A DNA stretch of 64,000 nt from a virus. Its lineage: Duplodnaviria; Heunggongvirae; Uroviricota; Caudoviricetes. The translations under genes were made by a program, and so were the position numbers. The stretch is taken from positions 5,979 through 69,978 of IMG/VR virus record IMGVR_UViG_3300021387_000091; one strand, given 5' to 3'. Below the pieces are notes generated by a model. The model saw only the letters and a program-made list of their open reading frames with translations, was not told where the DNA came from and did no database searches. Positions 11,947 to 27,600 of this stretch are shown here, piece by piece. Position 1 is the first letter of the stretch; every line of letters begins with the position of its first letter.

Positions 11947-14900
11947 TAGTAAGAAAAATGACTGGGTTGCCATTAATTTAAACGCACCCGAAGGAATGTC
12001 TGTAGATGCTTTACATGGATATGGTATTACACCAGATAATACAGGTTTGCAATCTGAAGATTATTATAAGTCCCAAAAGCAAGTTATAAATACATTTACA
12101 GATAAAAATGGAAAATTTGACGAAGAGCGCTTTCATGCCTTTTATGAGAGCGCTCAGCGTTCATATAATGACTATCAAAAGGAAGATTTTACAAAGAAAT
12201 TATTAGATGATATTGAGTCTTCACCTTATGACATATTTTCTCTTGGAGATGCTAACATAATGGACACTTCTGCAATAATGTATAGAAGTAGAGATCCACA
12301 AAGAACAACAATGGGCCTTGGCAATGTTTATGAAGTAGGCACTCCAACCTTCGATGTTAGAGAAGTTGCTCAAGCAAATAAAGCAAGAGATGAATATGGA
12401 AATGTTTTGGATTGATCTCCTAATGATAGAGGTAATCCTTTTAAAGGTTTGTTTAGACCTGCAATGGCACTTGCTACATGAGATGAAGACGAATATGATG
12501 ATAATGGTAGACTTCTACATAAAGCTGGAGATCTTAAATACGATGAAAATGGAGATCCATTTTACGAAAAATTAGGAAAGAGAGAAGCTTACGGTAAAGA
12601 AACATTACATTATTGGGACACTATTACTAGAGACGATTCTGCTTGAAATAAAATAGATTTTATGGATAGTGACGGGCTTACTAAAAGTATTGGTGGTACA
12701 ATCGCGAAAACTGCTTTTTCATTAGTTCCTTATTTTATTCCTGGAGTTGGAGAAGTATTTGGATGAATCGGTGCTTCTGTTGCATTAAGTCAAACATTGC
12801 CAGTTCTTGCTAAAGGTTTGGATGGTATTATAACCGGAACTACTGATAATGAATTCGGAAGAAATATGACTTGATTAGAGAATGTTACTGATAGATTTAG
12901 AACATCTCAATCAAGAGCTTCTATGGGTAAATTCCTTAGTATGGAAAATCTTGGGGATATTATCAGTTCATCTGCTGGTCAATTATTTCAACAGAGAATG
13001 ATTGGACAAATTGGACAAAAACTTGTTAAATCTGGAGGCAATATGTTAAACGCTTCTAAGATTGGACAACGACTATCTCTTGGTTATATGGCTGCTACAT
13101 CTGCAACAGATACTTATCAAACATTTAAAGAAGCTGGAGCTGATGATCGTACTGCTGGTGTTGCCGTGCTTGGTTATATGGCTGGTTTATATGGTTTAAT
13201 GAACGTAGATTATTTCAAGGATATGTTGTTTACTAACACTTGGTTAGATGAAGATATTTCTCTCAGAGATACTATGCACCAACTTGTTAAAGAAACAACG
13301 ATAGAACCTTTTGAGGCTTTCGCCGCTTCTACAAGTAAACCAATGACTGAATTAGAAAGACGATTTGCAAGAACTAAACTTTATAAAGCTATTCAAGATA
13401 AAGTTGCTCCAACTTGGAAAAACTGGATAGAGTCTGCAAAAGCTGCTAGACCTACAATTCATCAGCTAGATAACGCTATTACTAAAGAAGGCGAAAAGGC
13501 TGGAATTTCAGCAGGAATGAGAGCTTCTATGTACCTTTCTAGAGCTATGAATGAAGGTATAGAAGAAACTATGGAGGAAGGTCTTACAGATGTATTTAAA
13601 GCAATAACACTAGGATTAGATTCTTTAGGAGTAAAAGTTACACAAGATGATAAACAACTTGATTTCGGACTTTCTCTACAAGATATGATGCTTCGTTATG
13701 CTTCGTCTTTCGTAGGTGGTGCTATTGGCGGTGCAGTATTTGAAGGATTTAATCATTGGGAAGGCGGACCTTATGATAGTTTACTTGAAAAATCATTAGT
13801 AGAACGTCTTGTATGGTACGAACGAAATGGATATGATAAAGAACTTAGAGCTCGGATTGATAATCTTTATCGTAAAGGAAAACTAGGAAATAAAAATCTT
13901 TCATCTAAAGGAAAATCTATTAAATCGGTTGATGGCAAAGGCGAAACCGTTGTGTTTGGCGAAGGAAGTGAATCTGACAATCAGAATCTCTTTGTTTATA
14001 ATGTTATTAATAGTTATCTTGACAGACTAAATAGCGCATTGGCCAACAACGGATTGTTCTCTACTGACAATGAAATCTTTACTAAAATTTGAGAATCTGT
14101 TAGAGAAAAACGCGGAAACAACGACGACGATCCCGAAGTAAAGCTTTATCATTTTTTGGAAGACATTGATACAGCAAAAGCATTAACTATTCAAGAAATG
14201 GGATTCTTAAATGCTGTTAAAGAGGATGCAGATAAACTTGCTTATGATATTCTTAGAAAAGATGGAGAAATAAAGAAAGTTAAAAACGATATTCGTAAAC
14301 GTAATAATATTACTGATGCCAATCGTTCTGAGGAAGATACATTGTTTAAAAACAATCAATATCTTAAGACTCTTGAAAAAGAACTTTCTGATATGAAAAA
14401 AGCCTGGGATCAAATCCTTAATGGAGAACGTAATGGTTATTACATGGGATATGCTGCTTTAATGGCAAATGGTACATATCTTGATCTTTATGATAATCCT
14501 AATCCAGCCGCAGATGTCTTTAAGAATTTACAAGAAGTTTTTCCTAAAACGGGTATTGAGAACTGGACAAAATATACTTACGGTTTGGAATTTGAGTCTA
14601 TAACCGATGAAGATCTCAAGAAGAAAATTCAAGATGAATATTCTGCTTATTTGAATTTATCTGGTAAAGATAAAATGCGTAGAATTTATGATATGCATAT
14701 TCAATTTTCAGAGAAGTTCGCTCCAGATATTATGGCAATCAATGAGAAATTTGCAGAAAAGAAAACGGTAGATCCAGTTACATATTTTACTGAATTTTTA
14801 GGTAAATACTCTGATTCTATTGGTCACACTGTTGGAAAACAAGTAGCTTTGGATTTAACAGAAGCATTTAAACAAGTTGATAAGTCAAAACTTCCAGAAC

Positions 14901-17900
14901 AATTAGCAGCGTATCAAAAAATGATGCTTCTTGAAGGTGCTTTAAATCAAGTTTTTCCGGATATTGCTGGATATGATTCAACACAAGATAAACTTAATTT
15001 TATACAAGCACTTAATCAATCTCTTACAGATGATAATGCAATTATGGATACAAAAATTATCCGTAATGGTATTATGAGAAGTATTGTAGATAAAGATATT
15101 AAGAGAATTGCAGATGAAAATAAAGCAAATAGTCCAGATAGTGTTAATTCTAAATTAAATAATAGGCTTGGAGAATTATCCAAAACTCTTATAAATTCCA
15201 CATCTGAATTAAATGTTTTCTTAGATAGTCTTTCTGACGAAGAAATTGATTCTGAACCAGCATTTAAAGATTATATTGATTCTATAGATAAAGAACAATT
15301 TTTATCTGAGAATGTTGAACAACTTGGGCAAGCAATAGAAAACATACTTCAAGATAAAAATAAGTTACTATCTGTTGGTTCAGAAAGAACTATCTTAATG
15401 AGTAAACTTAATGATATTCTTGATGCTATTGCTCGTAATAGTGATAGTGTCCAAAGTCTTTATGAAAATGCTATTAAATATCTTTCTGAAAATTCCGGAT
15501 TAACAGAATCTGAAGCAAAGTCTTTTATAGACAATGTTTTGTTCCCAGATGGAATTAATCTTGTAGATTTTACTGTTCAACAACAAAAAATCGAAAGAAA
15601 TAATAATTCTAATGCCATTGAAGAACTTCTTGAAAAGTTTGATATTTACACAGGAGGCAAGATTTACAATGCCATAAAGCTTTTAAGAGATCAAGAAGCT
15701 TATATGGAAAGACTTGCTAATCCAGAAGAATATTCTATTACAAGTAAAACCATTGAAAAAGAACTTGAAACAGCATTATCATTCTTAAGAGTAATTAGCG
15801 CTATTATCAATAGTACAATTGATGGTACAAATGAACAAATAAATCTTAGTAGAGATGGTGAGCAATTAGCTGTTACTGATGAATCTTTAGCACCACTTTA
15901 TAATAATCAATTACTTGACGTTATAAATAGAATAAATATTCTATTGGAAACTTCAAGAAAAAATCGGCTTAAGACTACAAAAGTTCAACAAGATACAATG
16001 TTGAATATGAATAAACTTCGTATTCAGTCTTTAAAGAACATTGGAAAAATTAATTTCGATGGTATTGAATTAGATTTTGAAAAGATTTGGGCTGATACTG
16101 GATTTAGTCTTTTTGATTTTAAACTTGATAAATCTAAAGATGCAGATAAAGCATATCGTCAATTCCAGTCAGAAATATCCAAACAGCTAAAGCCAATTCT
16201 TGCTAAATATCTTAGTACTGGAGAAATTTCTAAATTTATAAAAGTTCTTGTTGATAAATTTGGAACAGATGTTTATAGACAAGATCCTGGTGTATTTAGT
16301 GATGATCCAAATATTGGGATTACTCCATATTCTAATGTTACTTATTTGTTAACACTTGCTAGTATTGATGCTGCAGAATTTGATGCTCTTTGAAAGTCTG
16401 TTACTGGAGAAAATGCAGATTTAATTCCACTTTCTAGTCAGGAATATCTTGTAAGAGAAGCTTTTGCACATATTATAGACTTCAAGAATGGAAATAACAT
16501 TTTTGATTCTCTACATACGTATATCCAATCCAATTTCCCAGATTCTATTTCCCAACATAATAAAGATTATGTTAAAGGACGTGGTGTTGCTAAGAGGTTT
16601 ATAAATATTGATGGTATTGGAGGCACTGGTAAAACAACTGGTGTTGATTATTTGTTAGATAAGTGCTTAAAGAAATATTACGATGGAGTATCATCTACTG
16701 CATCTAGTATTACTCTTTCTGCTGCAGAGAATCTTCATTCTGCATTAAGATTAGGAACGGATAATATTAAACCAATAACAATCCAAGATATTTTTAACAC
16801 ACTTTCTAAGGATTCTAGTGGTAAAGTTGTTTTTGATTTTGATACAGCTTATGAAACCAATGGAACGTCATATCAACTTAAGAGAAATGCTGATGGTGAG
16901 ATTATAGATGGAAAAGGAAATAAGTTTAGCAACATCAACAATATTGATTTCTTATTTAATTCAAAAGACGGTCTTAGAGTTCTTTATATCGATGAATCTG
17001 GATTGGTAAATCGTCCTCAAATGGAGTTGTTACTTGAACTCGCTAGTAGATTTAATTTCTTTGTTGTTGGTTCTGGAGACGTTCTTCAAAATAAAGCACA
17101 AATAAAAACAAAGAAAGGAGATTATGATCAAACAGGTATTGAAGATCTTGTTTATCATAGAACTCCATCTTTAACAATTTCTATGCGTTCTGAAAATAAT
17201 GGTAAATATAAAAATACAGAAGCCATTAAAGACGTTTTAAGAAAAGTTAATAAGAATTTCTTTGTTGATCCTTCAATTCCAATTTCTAAGTTAAACGATG
17301 CAGTAAAAACTGCTATTAGTGAAGCCTTAGGTTCTACTTCTGAATTGAATTTAATTTATGCTGATTCTAATCTTGCAGGTGACCGTTTAATAAGAAGTTC
17401 AGAAGTTTTGGATTTCTCGAAAAAAATGCTTACTTTTGTAAAAGAATTAACCGAAAATGAGACCGATCCATCTAAGAAACATCAATTGGCGATTGTTGTT
17501 GATGACGAAACAAAAGCAAATAATTATCGAAATCAACTTGCTAGTTTTGGAGATTCTGTAGTTGTTATTGATTCAAAGAAAGTTCAAGGTAGAGAATATG
17601 ATTATGTTATTGTAGACAAACCATTTAATGATACTAATCCATATGATGCTCTTACCGATTTCTATACAATGATGACTCGCGCTAAGATAGGTAGTGCAAT
17701 TGTTGATGATAATGGCGTTATTAAGAGTCTTAATATAGGTACTCATCCTGATGATACAGCATCAGAACCTGTTTTAGGTGCAGATCCTGAAACAAGAGCT
17801 CAGTTGTTTAAAGAGTATTCCGAATGGCGTAGAGGTCTTATGGAAGATATTCCAGATTTTGTTAGAAAGACTACTACAAGTACACCTGCTGCTACTTCTA

Positions 17901-20900
17901 CTGGAGGTTCAACTCCATCTGGAGGTAATACTTCTGGAGGTGGCACAGGCACTCCAACTGTTGTTCTTAACGGTCCAGCAAAAGTAGATACTGAATTAGC
18001 GGAGCGTTTAAAGAGTAAAAAAGAACGTGACGCTTATTACACGCAACAATTACTTAATGGTAAAGCAGGACATCCATATTACCAAAAGTTGTTAGAAGCT
18101 AGAACAGCCAAAGTAGGAAAAAGCGGATATATTGATTTTGATACTTTTATATCAGAGTTAAAGGATTTTGATAACGATTTCTTTGAAACACACCCACTCT
18201 CTATTTTAAATGGAAAAACAATTGCAGGAACTGATTCTAAATTAGCTTATAGAAGTATAATTTCTGTAATTGCAAGGGCTATTTTAAATAACAAAGAAGC
18301 GAGTGGACGTTCTCAATTTATTCAATCAGCTACAGATTATCTAAAAGAAAAACTAAATAAAATTGGTTTATCTTCAGATACTTTCTGTACAGATCTTGCT
18401 TTAAGTTTTGAAAATGGAGGTTTCTTTGTATGTAATAATGGCCATATTTTCTATACATTTGAAACAAGTGGTAGGCAAGTTGCAGTACCAATTTCTGCTT
18501 ATACAGATCTTACATTAAATGATTCTTACTTTGAAAATCTTGAATTTAACATCGAAATTGGAAGTATTCCTGTAAGTACAATCGGTGAAGTTTTCGTTCC
18601 TGTTATTGATACATTATCCGAAATAGACGGAGTGGTCTTAGATAAGAATGGAAATCAATACGTTGGTGTAATTACATATACTGATGAACTTAAAAATGCC
18701 GCTTTAAGATTTTTTAAAAATCAAGATGATAGTGATGCGAGTAAAAGAGCTTCTGCAGCATTTAAATATTTACAAAGAAACTCTGGTAAATCAATGCTTG
18801 CTGTTTCAACTGCTTCGTCTCAATTTGAAGATGGTGATTCTGTATTTAATGTAAATTGGGAAGGTGGTAAACCTACTTCTGCAACAAATAAAGAATATGA
18901 TACTAAAAATTTTGCTCAAGAAACAGCAATGATTGGTATACAACAGATAACCAACATTCAAGATTGGTTTAGAGCAGTAAGTATTTTATACCGAGCCGTA
19001 AGACATAAGGATGACATTTCGGAATCAGATAGTGCGTGATTAGATGGATATTTTAATGAAGAGCATGTACTTGATAAATTCAATGCGGTAACTGCTGAAG
19101 ATCGAGTTAATATTGCTGCAAACTATAAAGTACTTGCTTCCTATAAAGTGTTAAATAAAGAAGCTGTTAATGGTCTTAGTTCTGCAATATTTAGATTTTT
19201 AAACTCAGAAAGAATTAACGAAAACTTTAGAGCAAGATTCTGGCAGAATTTTACTAAATGATTAGGTGACAAAAAATCAAACGATGATACAAGAATTCAT
19301 CGTAAAGGATTTGGAATTAACTTTAAAGATGCTGATGGAAATGCTTATATCTTTTCTGTTGTTCCTAAACCAAATCAAACTGGTTATGATATTCTATATC
19401 AAGACAGTAACAATCCAACATGACAAACTGTAGCAAGTAATCCAAGCGCAGAAATAAATACTCTGTTTTCCGGAACTAATTTTGATTTTGTTCAAGCTAT
19501 TACTAAAACACTTTCTGAAATAAGCAATAGTAATATAGCCACAGATGAAATTAAAAATCTCGTTTCATCAACCAATAATAATCTAGATGATTCTTTATCA
19601 AATGGTTCTATCATAGTATTTCCTATTGATTTATATACAGATAGTGAAACTGAGCAGATTGTTGGTTATTATTCTCCTTTTGAAACAGATATTTATAATT
19701 GAATGGTTCAGGGAGATACTGGCCAAGTTGAAATTGAACCTGGTGTTTTGGATGCATTATCTGAATTCTTACAGAATGATACAATCTTTAAGAATAATAT
19801 GTATAGAAATATTGCTGCAACTCCTAGAGAGGATGGTTTATCTGGATGGGCTCAATCTAAAATGGCATTAAACGGAGAAGATATTTATACAGATGTAACA
19901 AAGGTTATTGCTCCATTATATGCTCTTGGTACTACTTCCAAAGTAGATCCAGAAACAGAAACAGGTAAACAAATGCAATCTAAAGTTGGAAACTTCTTTG
20001 CTTTAAACAATGGAGATACAGGTCCTTCTCTTAACATAGACGAAGTGAATCCTCCAACTTTAAACGGAACAATTATTCATTTTGCAGATGGACAACCTAA
20101 AGTAAATAGAGATTGAATTTCAGAATTTACAACATCTGACGGAGATGGAGGTTCAATAGAATCTTTAAATGTTGGAAATAATACTATTACGCTTTCTAAC
20201 GGAACGTCTTATACACTTAGCAATGACGGATTAAACGCTCTATTAACTATTCCTGCTGTAAAATCTATAATTGATAAAAATCTTATCAAAGATGTTTCTG
20301 GAAAAATTACAATTGTTGGAAATACCATTTCTGTTGCATTAGATGGTGGTGGAAAGCAAACTTTCTCAAATGCCTATCTTATAGGAGTTAATGAAAATAC
20401 GTATAGCTTTGAAACTTCGTCTGGAGTAATTAGTGTCACATTAAATGAAGAAATGGCTAATAAACTTGGAAGAAGAACTCGTCAAGAAGCAATTAATCGT
20501 GGTATTTATTTAGGAGAACATCAAGATGAACTTGGGACTTCGTTCCATGTTTACTATACTCCATCAGATTTGATTTTAATTGAAGGAAATGATCCATCTA
20601 ATCCGACTCAAACAATTCCAATTAGTTCAATAACACCAACTGCAACAGCACTATATGCAGGAGCAATTAATTTCACAAATCCAGAAATTATTAACAATTT
20701 TGCAAAAGTATTTAACCCAAAACCTGATTTTTCAAAAGCGTCTAAGACAGATGTTGGTAATGAAATAATGCTTATTGCAGATTCTCCTGTAATTAACGGT
20801 TCTTGAATTCAAGGATATACAGATGATACTATCGATGAAGAAAAGTCTTATAGAATTCTTGCATATGATAATAATAGAATAGGAATTTATACAGACGATA

Positions 20901-21673
20901 ATTTATCTACATTTACTTGGATTTCTCGTAATGATAAATTTGATAGTAATGAAATTAAAGGGGATAAATCTAACGATGTTATAAATCTTATTGAAGGTAC
21001 TGACATTGATTGAAGTAATCCTGCAGAAGCTATTCAGCAAATTATTTCTATAGCAAACGAAGATGAAGTTACTAAATTTGCAGATTTAGAATCTAACGAT
21101 GATACTCTTGTACAATGGGTTTGACAAAATGGAACTATAGAATTATCAGAACAGCCGGATATAGAAATTGAAGGAATTTCTGCTAAATCTAGGAGAGCTA
21201 TTTATAAATATCTCAAAGGGATTATTGCTGGAGAAATTTCAGATGTTAAGTTCTTCAGAGAAGGTTCATTTGAAAATGAAATTACAGTTGAATTCAAGGT
21301 AGATGGTAGAACACAACAGGAAACTTACAAGGTTGCTGGAGATAGAGTTGTTCCTCTAAAACCAGAGGTTAAGGACGCTTTTGAAACAATTGAGGCAGAA
21401 TTTAATAACGCTTTTAATTCTGCACAAAATAGGTTCAATGAACTTCAAAATCAATTAGGTGTAGGAGTAACAGCAGATATGCAGGCTGAAATTCAAAATG
21501 AGTTAAATGCCCTTTCTATTCAGTTAAATACAATGCAGGCTGTTAAGGATGCTATTGCTGATCCAACAATTAATAAGAATTCAATTATATCAAAGTTAAA
21601 ATTATTAGATGCTGCCACTAGAAGGCTTGTATTACAATACTATAAAGCAAATAACGATAAAAATAAATGCTAA
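11939..21673 (+). CDS. Giant putative ejected protein (~3244 aa) with a central SF1 (RecD/Dda-like) helicase domain
   Basis: Seven fragments in one frame are joined by TGA; TAA at 21671-21673. Motifs: GIGGTGKT (16613-16636), TIQDIF, YIDE (~16991), GDVLQ, LTISMR, KKVQGREYDYVIV, YTMMTRAK. Confidence 0.8.
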
Positions 21674-21676
21674 ATT

Positions 21677-24600
21677 ATGGCGTGTGATGTATTAAGACAA
21701 TATTCAAAGGATGATTATTTTAACATATATGCTGAACTTGAATTAGCAGAAGGTGATCCGATTGCTCTTTCAGATGTGTTTGAGAGTATACATCAGACAT
21801 ATGAACGATCTATAGCGGATGCAATACAAGCTGCTATTGAGAATGGTACATTTGATGAAAATTGGGATATTAAACCGGGGACTTTACCATCCCCGGTTCA
21901 AACCCAATTTAATGTAAATGGTGCTAAGAATTCTGAAATAGAACCAGATCAACTATCTGATTATTATTACAATAAAAAGAATGGTTATGTTCGTCTTAGT
22001 AATATGACGAAGAGATTTTTTGAAGACATTATTTCTAAGACAGTATTTAACAAAGACACAGGAAGCTTTTTTAGACCAACAACAAACTCTATAAATCAAG
22101 CTTTGTATGATTATAAAGTTGAATTACTTAATAAACTTTGGAATTTTACTGGAAAATCATACATGGCAGAATTAGTTGCTAATGAAGATAACCTAACATT
22201 AGTTATTAGTAGGACTCTATCGGATTTTGCTACAATGTCTACAATAGATGGTGCAGATACTATATGGGATGATTATATTATCTTAAAGCAATTTGATAAG
22301 CTTTTGAATGATTATGCACCATTTATCAAGAAGGATGCTGCTTTTGAGAATACGAATTATCAAAGTAAGAATATGTATAGATGGGATCCTTCCGGTACAT
22401 ATAGACAAAGTTGAACAGATTCTGAGGATTCAGATATTTCCAAAACAACATCCCCTTTAGTTAGATTACTTGCTGATTATTTTACTTGTGCAGATGCTAG
22501 AGGAAATGAAATAAATAGGCCAATCGGTTTTACAACATTTAATATTGCAATGGCTACACTTGCAAAGTGAATGCATGAAAATAGGCAATGATTAGATGTT
22601 CAAGAAGTCAATAGAGATATTAGAAAGAACGGTTTATCTGCAGATTTAGGAAAAGCGATTGATGTTTATATTGCACATGCTAATCCAAATGATTCACTAA
22701 AAGAAGTTCTTTATGGTATTAAAAAGCATGTCTTTAATAAAAATAACGCTATTCCTCTTAGCATTAAGCAAGCATTTGCCAATCAATTCTTTATTACCGC
22801 CAAATACTCTTATATGGCATATCGTCAGAATTATGAAGAAGGTCAATTTGATATAAACGGACAGTATTTGGAAGATTCGTTTGTTAATATAAAAACAATG
22901 AATCTTATGAAAACCTTCCAAAACAAAGTTTGGTTTTATCAATGAAAACCAGAATTATTTGCAAGGCTTAAAAATAAACATGGAATTGTAACATCTGTTA
23001 AAGATGGAATTATAACAATTAAATTTGATAGTACAAAAGGTTGGGGAGATGGATTTAATATTACTGTTACTAGAGACGGAGAAGGAATTTCTATTAGAAT
23101 ACCCGATACCAAAGTTATAGATGATAATGTAATGATTTCATTAATTCAAGATACACTTGATATTCTTATTCCTTCTGATTATCAAAATGTTCTTGATGCA
23201 ATGTCTGTTTCAGCACCTGTGCCAGCTACATTATTTAATACTTTTATTCAACCTATAGCATTAATGCTTGCAGCTTCAGAGGAAGGCTCTGATTTTCCTT
23301 CTGTTTTCAGTTATAACGAAGATTCCGAATTAATTAATACATATCACTTTCAACAAAGATTTATACAATCTGGTAAATTCCAAAGTATTGTAGATGGTAT
23401 TAATGACCTTAATGTACTTAAAAATGGTGAGGGAAACAATCTTCCTATTTATCAATTAGCTCCTGCTATATTTGATATTTTTACAAATATCGACGAAATA
23501 GCAGATGCCGCGAATAAGGATAAAACAGGCAAATCTGTTGGAGGAATTACTTTAGAAAGTACTGTTTCTAAAGAACTTGGTAATTGATGGGCAGCTAAAG
23601 AAATTTCTAGTGTTTTTGGAGAAAATCTTTTTGTAAAACATAGAGATTTACTTAAAAAAATTATTGTTCGCTCTGATATTAAAATTGGAAATATAACAAA
23701 ATCATCTGATAAACTTACAGCATCTGAAGTTGCCTCTGTAGCAATCTTTAATGATTTTTATCAAAATCTTGTAAGAGAGCCAGATGCAAATAATCCAGAC
23801 GCATTAAGTGGAACCATTCTCATTCAGCCTATTACTTACTCTGATAAGAAAACACACTTTCTTCCTGCAATTGACTTAACAAAGCTCTATTTGTCTGTTG
23901 GTTCTGATCGTGTAAAAGCAATTGATGTTTTTAGAAGACTTGTTAGACCTGATTTAGAAGGAAGATATAAATATGTACAAGCCGTTCAAAATGAAATAGC
24001 GAGAACTAGAGGCGAGAAAACAAAAGCACAAATATATAACCAGTATATCAGATTTAGAAACGCTATTCAAAATGCAGATTATGATTCCATAGAAGTTGTT
24101 GATAAATCTGGTAGAGTTTGGAATGGGAGCGATCTAATGAACGTCTTATTAAAAGATATTGTTTCTCCGAACGTAAACAATTATTCTAATTTTGATTCTC
24201 TTACTGGATTTAAGGCGGTATCTAAAATTCTTTCTAATTTAAATCAATTTGAAGATCCAATTAAGTTACTTCGTGCAATCTTTAAGAGTGCAGGGACAAT
24301 GCTTAATGAAGATTTTGATATCATTCAACTTAAGAATGGAAATTTACAAGGAAACGAATCCCTTTATTTTGCTGCTACAACATATACGCCTCAAGGTATT
24401 GAAAATTACTTAAAACAAGAAAAACTTAAATTTGCATTTGACTTACAGGAATATGGTGTATCAATGGATGTATTAACACACCCTGAATTAAGAAGGTATA
24501 TAGATACATTCTCAAAGGATACACAACGCATATGATTTGATCCTCACTCTAAAATAATGCGTTTATTTAGAGTGTTTCAAACTGAAGCAGATGGAAAATT

Positions 24601-27600
24601 AACTGAAATATTTCCGACTCAAGCTGACTTTGAAAACGATGTATTTAAACACAGGTCAGATTTAACTGTACAACTTAATCCAATGCTTGAAGGATTTTTC
24701 CTAGCAAATTCCCTATTTGGAAGTCAATTTAATGATGTAATGTTTGGTGGAACTGAAGGATACATTCCAAAGTTTTCAGGATCTGTTGATTTTGATAATG
24801 CCAATCAATCTATTATTGGACAAATGATGGCATCTCGTCTTGCTAATGAATTTAAACGTACTACCTATGGTGGTGCTGTTAAACGTAAATTTGCGACAGG
24901 TCTAAAATTTGGCGTTGCTAATAAGATTAGATTTTCTATTGTTGAGGATGATGAGCCAAATCTTTCTACATTAAGAGGTAATACAGAAGGACAAGTAGCA
25001 CAAGATGGTTCCGGTTGGGTTCTTCCTTTCCTTGGCAGAATGATTAATAAATCTCTTGTAGATTCTCCTGTTGGAGATGTTAGAAAAACTATTGCTGGAT
25101 GAGTTGATCCAAGAACTGGTACACAAGTTCACTTTAAATGGGCGGAAACAACAATTACTGCTGATATGCGTCAAAAAGCACAAGGTAATGGTTCTGCTGA
25201 AGTAATGTATCGTAAAGGAACAAGTGCTTTTGATATCACAAATAAATTTAAAGCGATAAGAGATTTAAATCGTTATTATGATATTAGGAAAAATGCTCCA
25301 GTTATTATTATAGAAGACGAACAAATAACAAGAACAAAACCTATATATCGATATGACTTAGATTCTGGTCAGTATTGGAAACTTGAAGCTATCAGAAACA
25401 CAGATGCTGGTTTTGAAACAGCTTGAAGTCTTGTTGATAAAAATGGAGAATTAGTCTATCGAGATGGTAAATCTGTTAAAGCTGCTTGAACAACTCAAAT
25501 TCATACTTTATATGATTTAGATCAAGCTCTTGGTGGTGCTTTTGTATATGAGCTTGATGAAAATGGAGATATGGTTACATCTGAAGGAGTTCATGATATT
25601 CTTACTAATATTATTTGTACTAATGATATGAAAGAGGATTTCATTGGCTATATTGTAAATCATTCTTCTGCAAAAGCTGGTGCAATTAATGTTAATGATT
25701 ACTCTACATTAAATGACGATGATACAACACTTAATCATCACTATTTAAATGCAACTGGTATTGGTGTTCAGATGGATGCTGACCACGAAATGGATTTTGC
25801 ATCTGTTACGGAAATGTCACAGATGGTTTCTCTTCTTACACAAAGTGGTACTAATATTGAGTTAGTAAACAAAATTTATTCGGACATTGGACAAGTTGCT
25901 GCAGAAGCCATGCGTGATATTTTAGCTGCTGTAGAAAGCGATGATGCTGATATTTATCGAATTATAGGTAAGGCGCTTCTTGATACATTCGATTCTGGAA
26001 GAAAAGAAGAAATTGGTCTTGCTCAAGCTTTTATCAGAAATGCGCAAAATGCAATTCTTAAAGAGAGAGGTTTAGATAACATAATTCTTCCTTATTCTGC
26101 AGAAAGTGTTAGAGGTTCATTTGTTGCAGCTGTTACTTCTTTGATTAACAAAAAGGGTATTAAACGTAAATATGCTGGGTTCGGTGGCGTTCAGGTTCCT
26201 GCCGATAAAACTATGCAGCATTATCGTTATCTAGCAAATGGAAAAGAAATAATTACCGATTATGTAGGTTTGAGAGATAGAATTAGACCAATATTACAAC
26301 AAAACGGAATTACTTGGGAACAAGCTTCTACGCAACAAATCATAAACGGTAAATCCAATCCATTCATAATACCAATAAATCAAAAAACTGCTCAATTTGA
26401 AGACACAGTTGTTTATAAATTAAAAGGTTCTACTGAAGAAGGGACTGTTCTAAAAATCCAAACAGCTGAAGATTTAGATTTAGTCCATAATCTATTAGAT
26501 CCTAATTTATATGACATTTCGCTTTGAACAATTAAGCCAAGAGAGCTTGCACAAAGTGATATTCGATTTAATTCTGAATTTGGAGAATTCTCTGAATATG
26601 ACATTGATGCTGTTCGTGCATCGTTCTATTTAAACGACTTAATTGATGTTGCTGAAGGAAAGAAAACGTTAGAATCTATTCCGTTCTTAGAAAGAAAACT
26701 TGCTGTGCTTAATGCAGCAATAGTTGATTCTGATTTAGTAACTCCTGATGGTACACAGATAGCAAGCACTACTGATTTTACTGTACTTAATGCAAATATT
26801 CTAAGAAATCTTAAAAAAGTTTGTGTTCATAAAGCACAAGAAATCTTTAGAAATATTGGAAAAAATGATATTCCTATACAAATGTCAATGGTTAATGACG
26901 ATATCAATCAAACTAGAGAATTAACAATTGATTGAGGCGTTATGCCTTATATGATTAAAGTTGATAGGAATTACAAAAATCAAGTAATGCAGGTTATTAT
27001 TGGACGTAGAAACTTTGCTAAATTTGGAATCGGAAAGGGTGACAAGCTTGCAGACATTAAAGAACAAGGTTCTAAATTCTTCTATAACAGATTGTTAGAA
27101 AAAACAGGTACCATTGATAAAGTAAAAACACAGATTCCGATTTCGCGATTTGATGGTGTCTTTCAATTAAGTAACGGTGAAAATATGCTTGTGTTAGTCG
27201 GAGATCAAAGTGACAACTTACAACATTTTAATCCTTCTGATGATTTTGTTATTTCTGATAATGCAGTATCATATAAAGGACAGATGATAGTAGATAATAC
27301 TAAACTTAAAGGTCTTGCAAAAGTAACAGATTTTAATTACTTCACTTATGTAAATGATACAACTGGAGAATTGATGCCTGTTATAATGATTCCGGACTAC
27401 GATGTTTTTGACAGAATTGCAACATCTGAATCTGTTACATCTTCTTTATATGTGTATAATGGAACTAATTGACTTGATGCTATAAAACACAAATATGCTT
27501 CTAAATTTAAGGATGATAAATTAATTGAAGATTTTACAACAGATTCTGGAGTTTTAATTAATAATAATCCTTCCGAAACAATTTATGAAGAATTAAATAA

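Noticed and set aside
17870-17960. Low-complexity Thr/Ser/Gly repeats (ACTTCT/GGAGGT)
   Set aside because: An ordinary flexible linker after the helicase domain, not a DNA-level repeat element.
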